Below, in pieces: positions 35,701 through 47,662 of a stretch of 64,000 nt of DNA. Position 1 is the stretch's first letter. Each line of letters starts with the position of its first letter. Where the stretch lies: assembly GCA_907165135.1 (NCBI GenBank), contig OU015569.1:434001-498000 (forward strand), written 5' to 3'. Below the pieces are notes generated by a model that worked only from the letters and a program-made list of their open reading frames with translations, was not told the origin of the DNA and did not search any database. The translations under genes were made by a program, and so were the position numbers. The stretch is from Oikopleura dioica. Taxonomy: Eukaryota > Animalia > Chordata.

Positions 35701-38700
35701 TGATTTGATGAAAGAGGTCGATCCCGATGCAGACCGAATCATCAACGACTACCAGCTCATTTCCGGCGACACTTCGCAGTGCTTCAACGACCTCGTCGAC
35801 GGCTACACCGACATCGACTACATCGGCGTCCAAGCCCACGTGAAAGGCTTCTTCAACGCGGAAGTGACTCAAGAGCGATACGACCTGCTCTCCGAAACTG
35901 GCATTCCCCTCTGGGTCACCGAGTTCGACGTTCAAAACTGGAACAGAACCGATCGCGGACTCGACGTCGCCGACCACATCCGACTGGCGTACGCGAATCC
36001 GAAAATTGTCGGTTTCACTCTTTGGTCCGTGATTTTCGGAACTTCGGGACAGAACTTTTACGATCGACTCTTTCTCGAAGGCGTTTTGAACGAGCACTCC
36101 GAGCCGTTCGTTGATCTGGGCTACCCTGGCTACCCGAATGCCGCCGGAGTGGCCTACATCGAGCTCGTCAAGGGAGAATTCATGAGCAACTTTACCAAAA
36201 CTGTTAACGACGGGGAAACTGTCCAACGAAGACTCACTCCTGGTGATTACTTGGTAACTGTCACTGGCCCAGACGGAGAATTGCTCTCCGAAGTGGTTGA
36301 AACTGTCACTTCAGTTTGCGATCCCTATTCCAAAGAACAACTAGTTGTCGATGGAGAGTTCGATTCCGGCATCGTCGATGCCCAAATTACTGTCAACGGA
36401 AACGGAAAAATCCACTGGGATGGATACGTCACTGACGCGCTTGCCGTCCGCGGCCACAGCGGAGAGAACATCATCACCATTGACGTCACAGTTCCAGTCC
36501 AGTCGAGTTATGTAATCCAGTTCTACGTCAAATTGACTCAATGGACGGAGCCAGTCGATGCGGTTGTTAGCGCTGATGGGGTTGAACTTTTCCGAGTTGC
36601 TGTTTCGGCGAATAACGAGTGGATTTTAGCCAAAAGTGGAAGTCCTTGTCTACATCAGTTGGTGCACTTGAATTGTCTGTGCCTGGATATACTGGAGAGA
36701 TATTTATTGATCATATTTTGGTCCAGAAAGGTTCGGTTTACAAAGAATGTACTCAAACTCTTTCTCTTGAACCAACTACTACTACCACTACAACAACAAC
36801 TACGACTACGACTACGACTACGACTACGACTACAACTACGACGACGACGACGACGACTACGACTACGACTACGACTACGACTACGACGACTACGACGACA
36901 ACGACGACGACAACAACAACGACTACGACGACGACAACAACACCAATCGCACTAAAAACCTGGAGCAAATGTTCCCTTCCCTGCGTGTCAACTAGTAGCG
37001 GCTCAGTAGGAACTCAGACATCTTCTGACGGAGAAATGCGCGTGTGCAATGTTGAATCGTGTGATCTCCTCTCAAACAACATCTTCGTAGACTCAGTCTG
37101 TGAGCAAGACATCAACACTGGCGCGTGGGAAAGCCGAGGCGGCTCGGGAACGAACACAATCGAATCTTATGACGGGGCTGGGCTCAAATTCCAGGGGCGA
37201 GACGCGAACTGGAAGGGAGTTATTCAAGAAATTCCTTGCAGCAAATTCGTCGAGTTGGAAGGAAAAGATGTCTATTTCAAGGCGCAAATGAAGTTTATCG
37301 GCGACCACGATGAATTTACTGTTCGACCGTCTTTCCAGGCGAAACCGAAAGGAAGCGGCTCCAGTAAGTTTGCCAGAGCGACTGTAAACGTTCCTTATGA
37401 GTACGGAGAGAATCTCTGGCAAGAGATTCACGCGCTGCATCATTTGGACTTTTTGGCCGCGATGGGAATTAGTGGAGACGAACTGATCGCGAATTACAAC
37501 TGCTACTTCACCGTTGTCGTCGACGACGTTGACATTTCTTACCACATCGACAACATCATCGCTGTGGACACAGAAACGCTCGTCGGCGGAGTCGAAAAAG
37601 ACGGGCTCATTTTCAACGCCGACTTCGAAGTCGCCACCGAGCACACTCTCTTCGACATCAACGGCTGGCAAGTCAGCAACGGTGAAATCGAGAGCGTCTA
37701 CAACACACTTTCCGAGTCCAAATCTCAAAACGCCTTGGCGCATTTGAGATTGTTCAATCGACAGGAGAACTTTAAGTTGTATCAAAAACTGTGCTTGGAT
37801 TCTCTTGATTTGGGGGAATCGTCGAGTTTTCTTACTGGGCGAAATTCGTCGATTCCGGACTCGCTCGGGCAAATCCAGACGACGATGATTGGCAGAAGAT
37901 CAGCATGTCTCTCACTGCTCGTGTTGTTAATACAGATGGGTCGAGTGAGAACTTGAACATTTTGTGCAACAGCGGCTGCGTCGTTCCCGACGGAAAGTGG
38001 CACAAATACGGGAACAGATGCAGCTTGGAAAATCTTCTTTCCGAGAACATCGCGGAAGTAACCAGCGTCGAGGCAAACGTAAAAATGCCGGCTGGCGGTG
38101 TGGAGGTCTTCATCGACAATTTCTCGGCGCGGAATTGGCAGCGGCAGAGCGATTGGGTTGCTGGCGCGAATTTGCGAATCGAAGAGTTCAGAAAAACCAA
38201 GTCGAGTTTAAATTCACCAACGCGCCGGAAGGGAGCCGGATGACTTCGCAGCTCGTCAGGACTGAGTTCGACTGGGCGGGGACAGCCAAGTCCTCCTGGT
38301 TCGAAGCTGATTCCGAGTTCAACGATTACGCACTGAACTCGTTCTCCTACTACTTCAATTTCGCGCATTTGGTCAATCCGTTGAAATGGAAAGCTGTTGA
38401 ATCGACAGAAGGAATTCGAGATTTCAGCGAAGCGAATTTGATGCACGCGTTTTTCGCGAATCAGAGCATTCCCGTTTCCGGAAACACGATTTTCTGGGAA
38501 GTAGACGAAGGGAACTACCATCCAAAAGCTTCGCCAACCTGGTTTGGCGAGCGATTCAACGAATTGGCGACGACGGGTGGCGATTTGGAGGAAATCAGAG
38601 CGCTGATGCTCGACTGGGAAGCGGCTCTTCTTCAAGAGTACAATGGCTCCAAGCAGCATGGCTTCAGAAACGTCATCTACAAGATTATGAACGAGCCGAC

Positions 38701-39973
38701 TCACGGCTCTGTTTACCGCGACAACTTGGCGAACATCTGGGACGACATCTTCGCCACTTTCAAAGCGAACGATCCCGAAGCGGAAATCATTGTCAACGAC
38801 TTCAACATCGTCAACATGGATTGGACTCAGTGCATGATCGACGTGACGAAGGAGCAAATTGAGCTGATCGACTACGTCGGCGTCCAGGCGCACATGCATC
38901 CGGGCCTCAACTTCGACAACATCAAGTACCGGATGGACATGCTCTCTTCCACCGGCCTCCCGCTCTACATCACCGAGTTCGACATCGCCAATTTCAACGT
39001 CACGGCCCGGGGCGAGGAAGTCGGCGATTTCATGAGATATGTTTACAGCGATCCGGCTGTAGGAGCGTTCGTCGCCTGGGCTTTCTTGAAAGGCGCCATG
39101 CAAGATAGCGAGCAAAAAGCCTTCGTGGAAAATGAACTCAACGAGTTTTCAGAGCCATTTGCTCACCTCGGCCATCCAAGCTACCCGAACGCCGCGGGAA
39201 TGGCCTACATCAACTTCGTCCTTGAAGAGCTGAGGACAGAGCCAATCATGGGCAGCATTAGCTACTCGAACGAAGGAGATGTTTACGTTCGATCCATGAC
39301 TCCTGGAACTTACCGCTTTGTTTTGAAAGATGCGGACGGGAATGTCATTGAAGAGCGCGAGGAAATCATCAGCTCGCCTTGCAACAACTACGAGAGCGGA
39401 AATCTCGTCGAAGGAGGCGACTTAGACGTTGATGGTGGAGAAAGCAGCTCTGTTTCTGCTCAATTTGGCGCTGTCCACTGGGACGGCTACGTCCAACGCG
39501 GATTCAAGTTCCCTGGCAACTCGGTTGTGACGATTGATTTGACAGACAGAATCGTCGAAGATGCCCAGTACGTCGTCCAATTTTACGTCAAGGTTTTAAC
39601 AGACTCGAGCACGGAGAACTTGAGCGTTTTGGCGAAGAAAAACGGAGAAACAGAAGTGATAAGTTCGCCGGTCAGCTCGAGCAACGAGTGGTTCAAAGTC
39701 AAGAAATGGGTTGCTCTGACAACTTCTGATAGCTCGATCGAAATCAGTGTGCCCGACCTCCTCGAGGGTTCGATAATCATTGATCATATCATCGTCAAAC
39801 TCGCCAGTGAATTTAATGCTTGCTCCAAGCAAATAGTTTCTTTTGATTTCCCAGAAACTACAACCACAACCACGACCACAACCACAACGACGACCACAAC
39901 GACGACAACGACAACCACTACAACAAGTAATTCATATGCATATATATACTCTGGTATATCTCTATATACATAG
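32762..39973 (+). CDS. Large secreted multidomain glycoside hydrolase: 2 x (TSP1-like, CBM4/9-like modules, GH10 catalytic domain, beta-sandwich, poly-Thr linker)
   Basis: Exon 1 (32762-32878) has a hydrophobic start and WSKCSAPCG. A 48-nt intron follows, then exons 32927-~33171, 33350-34550 and ~35396-39973. GH10 acid/base motifs YKVFNEP and YKIMNEP and nucleophile motifs WVTEFD and YITEFD are present. Four -1 homopolymer breaks (35453, 36632, 37812, 38192) are repaired by aligning the two internal repeats. The 3' end may splice further. Confidence 0.85.
33172..33349. mobile_element. Dominant-family MITE inserted within a GH10 coding exon
   Basis: Perfect 8-bp TSD TCAGCGCT (33164-33171 / 33350-33357). 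Removing the element and one TSD restores ...NFPCSALVDHDQELF... Confidence 0.92.
34683..35133 (-). CDS. Nested antisense 3-exon gene: ~98-aa type II membrane protein with coiled-coil ectodomain
   Basis: Exons 35133-35007, 34959-34864 and 34756-34683 join through GT-AG introns in phase 1/1: MLRDEMKESLIARESVSSKEFIFNGLKLAFFCILTALFLANLYVTMDLCRLQNQQLELNRVFADSIFELTGNQQDQSKILAKLEEIVGNPEVNALERR-stop. Confidence 0.7.
36775..36945 (+). repeat. (ACN)n poly-Thr coding repeat (second copy at ~39856-39926)
   Basis: Mixed ACT/ACA/ACG/ACC codons form an uninterrupted Thr run in the GH10 frame. Confidence 0.9.
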
Positions 39974-40089
39974 AAACAGAACAAATATGAAAGCATAAAT
40001 CCATTTTTGATACAATCAATCAAAGCTCATCAAAATTTTGATGAACAAGTTAAAAAGAAGCGATAGCTTTAAGGAGGTAGATCTCAAGA

Positions 40090-40960
40090 AGAAGAAGACC
40101 TTCCCAGAAAAGTGGTGCATCGGCGCGTGGTGAGGTTGTCGCGTCCAGAAGCTGTTCCAGCCTTTTTCGGTCTCAACGATGGGCATTGGATGGTCAGGGT
40201 GAAGTTTGAATTCAAAATGCCTGAAATTCCAAATACGATGCTGAAGCAAATAAATTCGTCCTTTTCGAAAGTCTCCCTAAAAGAACAAAATAAACAAAAA
40301 GTCGCCGAAGATAACCGTATTGTCTAACCAAGGATTTCTGTTTTCTCGGTAATACTGTGCAGCAAACTTCTGTAGATCATCGGGCAGTATCTGTAGATCT
40401 CGTAGATCGTGGAGGGAAGGATCGCCAAGAGACTTTCAGTTTCGTCGCCAAGAGTCCAGTTTTCAGTCGATTTTTCAATTGTCAGGCGCCTTCAATTCTT
40501 AAACAAACCTGTTGGTAAGCGACCCAGTCCGGCGAGAATCGCAAGGGTATCCAAACACGAAGCCAGCTTGGAAGATGAATGAAGAACAGTTTGTACTTGT
40601 CCAGCTTTACAACGCTTTCAAGGGCGTTGTTCGCGTACAAGCAGATTCTGTCTCGGTAATCTGTGTGCTTGGACAAGTCAATGCCGAGTGCGAAATCAAG
40701 GACGACGGTCAAGGCAGCTGGCATCGTGTAGGAAAATGTGTTCCGTTTTCGCCAACTCGTTTGAGCGTTTCGACGACCCAAGGAATCTGAGCGTCGACTT
40801 TTGCCACCCACTTTGGCTCGTATTGCTTTCTTGATGCCAGTTCCATCAATCGGCGACGGCAGAGTTTCGAGATTTTCGTTCCTTTCGGGTCGGATCGTTT
40901 GTGATCGCGCATTTTTCCGCCTAAATCATGTTTTTGCTGAAAAATATAAGATCGCAAATC
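40090..40960 (-). pseudogene. Degenerate cytochrome P450-like remnant
   Basis: K-helix-like STIYEIYRYCPMIYRSLLHSITEKTEILG (ExxR), E/F-helix-like VVLDFALGIDL...FIHLPSWLRVWIP, and a C-terminal-like FEFKLHPDHPMP. No I-helix or FxxGxRxC heme motif was found. Confidence 0.45.
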
Positions 40961-41269
40961 TGATAAAAACAGTTTTCAATTCGAAAATTGCGCCAGTTCA
41001 CTCGATGACAAAAAACCAGGAAGATTTTTTCCGCTTTTTAAAGAGAAAAACTGCTAGAAACTTTGAGAAAAACTGAGGTCAAATTATTACCAAGCGAAAA
41101 AATTTTTACTCAAAGACTACTTTTTTGTTAAAAAATGAAATTTTTCAAAAAAACAACCCAAATTTTTTAGACCCTCGGAGTCTCGGAGAGTCTCATCGTT
41201 CGATTCCACACACTTCAAATTAGAAAAAAACAATCAAAAATGTTCACTCAGGTAACTATTTATAATAGT

Positions 41270-41579
41270 CACCGACAGGGAACTTGGATCCATTTTGCGA
41301 TCTCTTGGACTAAACGTCAATGATGCTGAGGCTGAGGTTAATTAAAATGGAAAAAATAAGCTCCTGATTCGTTAATTTTAGATGCTCCTAAAACGAGAGG
41401 TGAAGGATGAAACACGAAAGCTCGAAGCTGAAGCTGAAGAGTTGAAAGAAGAAATCAGGAAAGCGGAAGAAGCGTTATTGAAGAGCGAGAAAGAATTGGA
41501 GGCGGCGATGGAAGCCCTCCGTCAACGTTATCATCTTCAAAAGGCGGGACTTGGCTTAGGCAATGCCAACCCGTGTTAG
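41270..41579 (+). CDS. Small hypothetical protein: calmodulin-like helix (ELGSILRSLGLN) spliced to a coiled-coil exon
   Basis: GAG|GTTAAT donor and tttag|ATG acceptor in phase 0. The last exon is a clear heptad coiled coil. The 5' end is unresolved. Confidence 0.35.
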
Positions 41580-42043
41580 TTCAAGCTTAGAACCGCCGCG
41601 CTAGGTCACAGCTGTTATCTCATTTTCAAATCAGTACCAGTTTGGACTCCTCACCTTCCATAAACTCTTATTTTTTTTCCTATTTTCACTGTCGTAAAAG
41701 TCTCTAGTTTTAATAAAATATTTGAAAACGATCTTCTTTATCTATATTTAGCAAGGCAAAAAAAGATAATCTACCCCCTTAAAATAGCCTATTTTAACTT
41801 GCTCTCTGGGTTGATAATTTGACCACTTTCGAGTGAAAATAAATGTAGAATGCGATTTCACGGCGGGCGAATGCTGCAAAGGGCAGTACACTATCTCGGG
41901 TCATAGCATTGCCCGCGGATATTTCGCGGCACTAGCATTTTCAGCGATTTTCAGAAAAAATCAACCCTTTCGTAAATTATAAATTCCAGCCAAGTCGGTC
42001 AATTTTTATGAAACAGTCGTGAAGAGGGAAAGAGTGAGCCAGA

Positions 42044-45000
42044 ATGTCTGCCAGACTGGGGCGAGAGAAACAGTGCTTGATCGCGCTCTTCGTCGCCGCC
42101 TTGTGCTTGATTCTCTTTGAGCTTAACGTCGAGAAGGTAATCAGCAGCAGCGAGCGGACGAAGCAAGTGCCACTGGATAATCAAAGCTCTAACGACAAAA
42201 AGGTGCAGAAAATGATGGAACTTGCCACGCCGCCGCCGGAAGAGGACCAGCCGGAGGAGACTACTACCACTACCACTACTACTACCACGACGACAACTAC
42301 GACCACGTCATCAGAGACTACAACGACTTCTGAAGCAACTACAGGATCGGATTAAAACTAAGCGGATTATGAAGTACAGTTGAATACTGGGCTTGCCAAT
42401 ATGTATTGAAAACCTGAGTCAGGCTCTAAAAAAGCTTGAATGAGAAGCCGCGTTGCGGCTTTTTTTTCACGAAGCCGCAAATATAACAATTTGAATCTAT
42501 TGAAAATCCTAGCGTAGCCGCTTTGCGGCTTCTTTCTTAAAAAAGCCGCAATGCGGCTTTTAATTCGAGCTCTTCAAGAAATCTGACTCAGGTTTTCAAC
42601 ACAGGTTCCCGAGCCGAGAAAAAGAGTAAATCAACTTTAGCTGAAATCAAAAATTTCCATCCGAAAACAAAAGAATCAACAAAGAATTTAGAAAATTTAG
42701 AAAACGGCGAATCAGAAATGACGGGAAGCGAAATTAGCGAAACCGCGGAAGCGTCTGAGATTGACCGCAATGATCAAGCCAATGTGAACAGCGATTTCAC
42801 GGATGAGTTTCATGCCCAGTTTCACAAGACGATTGTGAAGCCACTTTCGCAAGAAGAAAGGAAAGCGTCTTCAAATTTAGCTTTGAAATTATCTTAGAAA
42901 ACCTGAATCAGATTCTGAAGAGTTAAAATGAAAAGCCGCGTAGCGGCTTTTTTATGAACGAAGCCGCAAAGCGGCTTCGCCTTTATTTTAAAAGAAACTG
43001 AAAAGATGGCTTCGTTCTTAAAAAAAAAAGCCGCTATGCGGCTTTTCATTTTAACGCTTCAGAACCTGACACAGATTGCCGAGCTCAGTTCTTGGGGGGT
43101 TCAATTTGAAGATGATCGAAAAGAAAAGAATGGCTGGACAAAATTTGGTTGTCAAAAGATCTCCCTTCTCACGCAGAAGAAGACGACGTTACTCTCCTCT
43201 TTTGGTACGCAAAAGAAGGCGATCGTCGGCAAAACACAGACGTCACCATTCGCCACACGAAGGAAAGAGACGTTCCCGGAAAAGACCCGTTTTGCGGCGG
43301 CTGCCATCTTTCAGTCGACAGGGAGCTGGAGAACAAGGCCGATGGCATCATCTTCAACACTGGCAAAATGTTCACTTATCTCAAAGGAAAACGGATAGAG
43401 CTCTTCTTTTTTCTTAGCCTGAGTATCTCGGCAACCGGTGTAGAAAAAAACCTGAGTCAGGGTCCAGAAAAAGGTTGAATATAAGAATTGAACTGTCTTT
43501 CTGAACCCTGACTCAGCTTTCTGCACAGGTTTCCGACCTTGGATCAAATATACTCAGGGCTCGGCAGCCTGTGTAGAAAACCTGAGTCAGGGTCTGAAAA
43601 ATCTCTAATGAAAAGCCTATTTTAAAGTTTCGGCAAAGCTTCGCGGCTTCGTTTTTTAAACGCGGCTTTTCATTAGGGATCTTTCTGACCCTGACTCAGG
43701 TTTTCTACACAGGCCGCCGAGAGGCTGAGCCGAGAATATCCGAGTTTCAGCAAGCGCATACGGCCGTGGAAAAGCAAGCGAGCCAGAAGTCTTTCCAAGC
43801 CAAAAGAAACGTAAGCCCGATCAATTCTACATCTTTTACCAGCGCGAGTCGGGAACGAAAGGACACGAGCACAGCAGCCTGATGACGGAAGAAATCGACG
43901 GAATGTTCAATTTAACTTGCTCGTACAGAACGGACTCGGATGCGATCAGGCGCTTTGGGATGATTGAGGAGTCAATTCAGGTGAGATTTTATCCGGCAAC
44001 CTGTGTAAAAAACCTGAGTCAGGGTCTGAAAAATCTGAAATGAAAAGCCGCGTAGCGGCTATTTTTAGATATGAAGCCGCTTCGACTGACTTTGAAATAA
44101 CTTTGCGGCTTTTCATTGAAAGTCTTTCAAACACTGACTCAGGTTTTTTACACAGGTCGTCGAGCCCAGAAATAAAGGGCTTTCGCTAATGCTTTTTTTA
44201 GTTTAGCAGATTTGATGGGAAGGAAATCCCGTTTTCCGACGAAGAGTATTTTGAGCGCTTGATGAAGAAAAAGTCGAAGAAACACATTGCCGCCTGGTTT
44301 GTCTCGAACTGTGATCATACAGAAGGAGCTGTGAAACGATGGGAGTACGGGGAGTCCTTGATCAAAGCGGGACTCAGACTTTATGGCGAAGGACAGTGCT
44401 TTGGAAAGGTAAAATGATCAATTATAAATTGGACAAAAAAGAACGATATAATGAGAATATAATCTTTATTTTTTGTGTAACAAACACAGTACAGGTATTA
44501 CATCTGAAGATTAGGATATCACAAAAAATGCAGATAATGTTTCATTTTATATGTCAAACTTGTCAAACAGTCGAAGGAATTGTAGATACTCGGTAGGAAG
44601 TCGTGCTTCATTTTATAAAAATTTCATTTTTTTCAATTTTTGAAGTGTCGATTTCAAAATAACCGCGCTTATATCCACCTTGTCATCCAAATGATGGCGC
44701 TGTAGCTGCTCCCCTCTCTCAGCGGGATGTCTTTTTTTACCCACCTTATCAGATTGTTTCAATTTATCTGACCTAATTCCCAGGTGACGGAACGAAGCTT
44801 CTCGAAGAAGAAAGAAGAGGGCTTCTCCCTCGAAAGCGTCAAGTTCTACCTCGCCTTCGAGAACGCCTACCACTGCAACGACTACATTTCCGAAAAGTTC
44901 TGGCGAAACGGATTCCACTCGGAGACCGTTCCCGTCGTTTTTGGACCCCACCCAGACGATGTTTTGAAAGTAGCGCCTCCCAACTCGTGAGTTCAATTTC

Positions 45001-45872
45001 AGCAATTTCTCTTCGTTGATTTCATTTCATTCTCGTGCCTAGATACATTCATGTCGAGTGGTTCAAGTCGCCTGAACAACTGGTCAGTTATTTGGAATGG
45101 CTGGATAAAAACGACGAAGCTTATTTGGACTTTCATCAGTGGAGAACGCTGATTCAAGATGAGGTAAATGGAATGAGCTGTTTTTTCCCCACTCTTTTCT
45201 CCAGAGTTGCAAATTTTGCTTTATTTTTGCTGAGCTGAGCTGAGCTGAATAAAAATTTCTCTGAGCTGAGCTGAGCAGACCTATTTTTTAAGGTAGTTGA
45301 GCTGAGCTGAGCGGACCCGAATTAGAGCTGAGCCGAGCTGGTTGAGCTGAGCTGAGCTGTTTTTTACTGTGTTTTTAGTAGTAAAATATTGTTAGAATCA
45401 GTGAGCTGAGCCGAGCTAAATGATAATTGTCTGAGCTGAGCTGAGCAGATCAGATCATTTTCGAAAATCACTGAGCTGAGCGACTGCTCAGCTCACTCAG
45501 CTAGCTCAGCTCAATCAGCTCAGCAAATTTGCAACCCCGCTTTCCTCTTCCTAAGCCTTATCCTTACCCATTTTTTTCTATCTAGTCGGATGGCGAAAAC
45601 TACGTTCATTCAATTTTCAACCTCGGAGTCGACGAACTAGGCTACTGCATGCTCTGCCGGAAGATCCGCGAGATGAGGGCGGAGAACCTCCACCAGTCGT
45701 ACAAATCCGTGAGTGCTTCAATGAAAAAGGGAAGGATTTAATTGCATCCGGCGAATTTTAGGTGATGAAGTTCTGGCACTACGACCTGTACGACGAGTGC
45801 AAGGAGAACATCGAGTTCCAGTCCTTCCAGACGAGTATTAAACAGAACAAACGGGTCTGGAAAGATGACTAA
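42044..45872 (+). CDS. Alpha-1,3-fucosyltransferase (GT10), type II membrane, with long Thr-rich stem
   Basis: N-terminal TM CLIALFVAALCLILF, poly-Thr stem, then RKPDQFYIFYQRES, FNLTCSYRTDSD, AAWFVSNC, the GT10 motif KFYLAFENAYHCNDYISEKFWRN, VPVVFGP and YIHVEWF. About 9 exons, three with GA donors. One homopolymer break at 43124. Confidence 0.9.
45202..45539. mobile_element. Second copy (inverted) of the GCTCA-array hAT-like MITE, in a FUT intron
   Basis: TIR CAGAGTTGCAAATTT / AAATTTGCAACCCCG. TSD cttttctc/ctttcctc (7/8). Confidence 0.85.
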
Positions 45873-46186
45873 TCAATTAGTTGATTAATCAGTTGATTGT
45901 TGATTTTCTGAGAAATGCCATTAGCCTATCTTATTATTTCTTATCTACTATTGCGATTTCTTCAATTTTCAATTTCCGAAACCATAAATTCTCGTTACCT
46001 TTTCTACTGAGCACGGAATATATTTAACTACGTTACAATCACAAGTTTCAAATGACAGTTACAGTTACAGGACAGTATCTTACTATGAATATTCAAAATA
46101 AAGTTCATTCAGAATTTCTTATAACAAAAAAATGTCGCTTCGCTTTTGTGCATTTTATCATATTAAAAATCAGGCCGCTCCAACGG

Positions 46187-46259
46187 GCCTGGTTAGCTCA
46201 GTCGGTAGAGCGTTGGACTCTTAATCCAACGGTCGCGGGTTCGAGCCCCGCATTAGGCT
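46187..46259 (+). tRNA. tRNA-Lys-CTT: tRNA-Lys (anticodon CTT)
   Basis: GCCTGGTTAGCTCAGTCGGTAGAGCGTTGGACTCTTAATCCAACGGTCGCGGGTTCGAGCCCCGCATTAGGCT folds into a cloverleaf with A and B boxes. A T-run Pol III terminator follows. Confidence 0.95.
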
Positions 46260-46861
46260 CATCCTTTTTTTTCTTCTTCCTTTCACACTGTGGGAAATTT
46301 ACAGTAAGGTTTGACAACCAGGGCAAAAATCCTGAGTCAGGGTCTTATTGAAGCTTTTAGTTTAATAGATAAAAGAAAACGAAAGGAACCAAAAACTCTT
46401 GAGAGACGGGGCCGTCTTTGGGGATCAAGAGAAACCTCAGGGCTCGTGCTGCCTTTCGTCAATTTACGGTTTTTTTGGTCTCAGTTTTTTTGACTCAGGT
46501 TTTCTACACAAGTTGCTGATGCCGCTGACTTTTTTTTTAGTTCGATAAAGATCTTATTCTGTCAGCTTTCGAACTCGCGGCCCTCCGCTCCGGAGTAGCG
46601 TCACACGACCAATACGCTATCCGTCCCCGAGGTCGTCCATCTTTTTCAAACCCTGAATATCTTTTCCACCTGAAAGGAGCACTAGAAACAAAGTGGCTTA
46701 GAATTAATCAAAGCTCGACTTTTATCCGAGATTCGTGGCCAAGAAAACTCGAAACATGTAACATTAATCGTTTGTAAAGAGCCCTGTCGCCAGGACTCTG
46801 ATCCTTTTTTATTGGTGGTTTATTCAAATATACAAGGAAAAGAAAAGAAGAGTCTTGAATT

Positions 46862-47662
46862 CTAAATTTGCAGCTTCTCGGGAATCGTGCCGTCTTCGTT
46901 TTTCTCCTTCCTCTTTGATTTCTGGCCCATGAATTTTTTCATGTTCGTGTTAGGGTCGTATTTATCTGTCACGCCGGTGAACTTGCGCATCTTGTTCGCC
47001 ATATTCTTGCGGAACTCGATCTGCTGCTGCTTCGTCAGTTTCATCGTTTCCCCGCTAGAAAGATTTTTGAGGCGAAAAATTACAGAAGAAACACCGAAAG
47101 AAGTTGAGTTTGAGCTGAGCGCTGAGCGGTATTTGAGCGATGAGGGAGCGGAGCTATCGATAAAATTCGACTCGGATTTCGAGAAGCCGCTTGCGGCTTC
47201 GAGTCTATTAAAAGCCGCGCGAAGCGCGGCTAAATCAATAGTTTCTCAAAGCTGCGAGCGACTTCTCCAAATTCGAGTCGAATTTTATCCATCGCTCCGC
47301 TCAAATTTGCTCAGCGCTCAGCCCAAATTGGAAGCCTTGATCAAACAGCAAGCTCAAGTGCGGAAAAGTTCATTTGGACTTACATAGTGGTGAGATTGGA
47401 GGGTCGCCTTGTAGACATCGGCGTTAGAATCGGCGCGTCTTCCAACCGCATTACATATTCATTTGCAATTCCATGCGTGTCTTAGAAGGTTATCGCCTCT
47501 CTCAATCATCAGATCATCTGCAAACCTGTCGCAGTGGCGAGGACGTTGCCGGACTCGCTGAAATCTCCATAATGTTCGGCGAAGTCGACACATGTCTCGT
47601 ACAACATATTCAGCGCCAAGCCAAAAGGAAGCGGAATCAAGGAAGACTCACAAAACGCCATT
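46862..47662 (-). CDS. Three-exon basic hypothetical protein (~140 aa), orphan
   Basis: MAFCESSLIPL...ATAT, then a 45-nt GT-AG intron, DTHGIANEYVMRLEDAPIL...LTT, then a GT-AG intron, IGETMKLTKQQQIEFRKNMANKMRKF...EKLQI-stop. Phases are consistent. Confidence 0.55.

Noticed and set aside
35405-39115. Long minus-strand ORFs (35405-36226, 37093-37872, 37832-39115)
   Set aside because: These are antisense shadows of the C-ending codon bias in the GH10 coding frame, with no motifs of their own.
32762-39973. Horizontal transfer of GH10 from bacteria
   Set aside because: The long intron-poor exons are suggestive, but CBM4/9-GH10 proteins are known in other invertebrates and plants, and no phylogeny can be run here.
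36753-40023. Poly-Val ORFs on the minus strand, and the Val/Gly ORF at 11465-11869
   Set aside because: These are reverse complements of Thr-codon or C/A-rich repeats.
46187-46259. tRNA-Lys as primer for the neighbouring LTR element, or as a SINE head
   Set aside because: The PBS (TGGTGAC) does not match this tRNA's 3' end. The gene has intact stems and an immediate T-run terminator with no SINE body.
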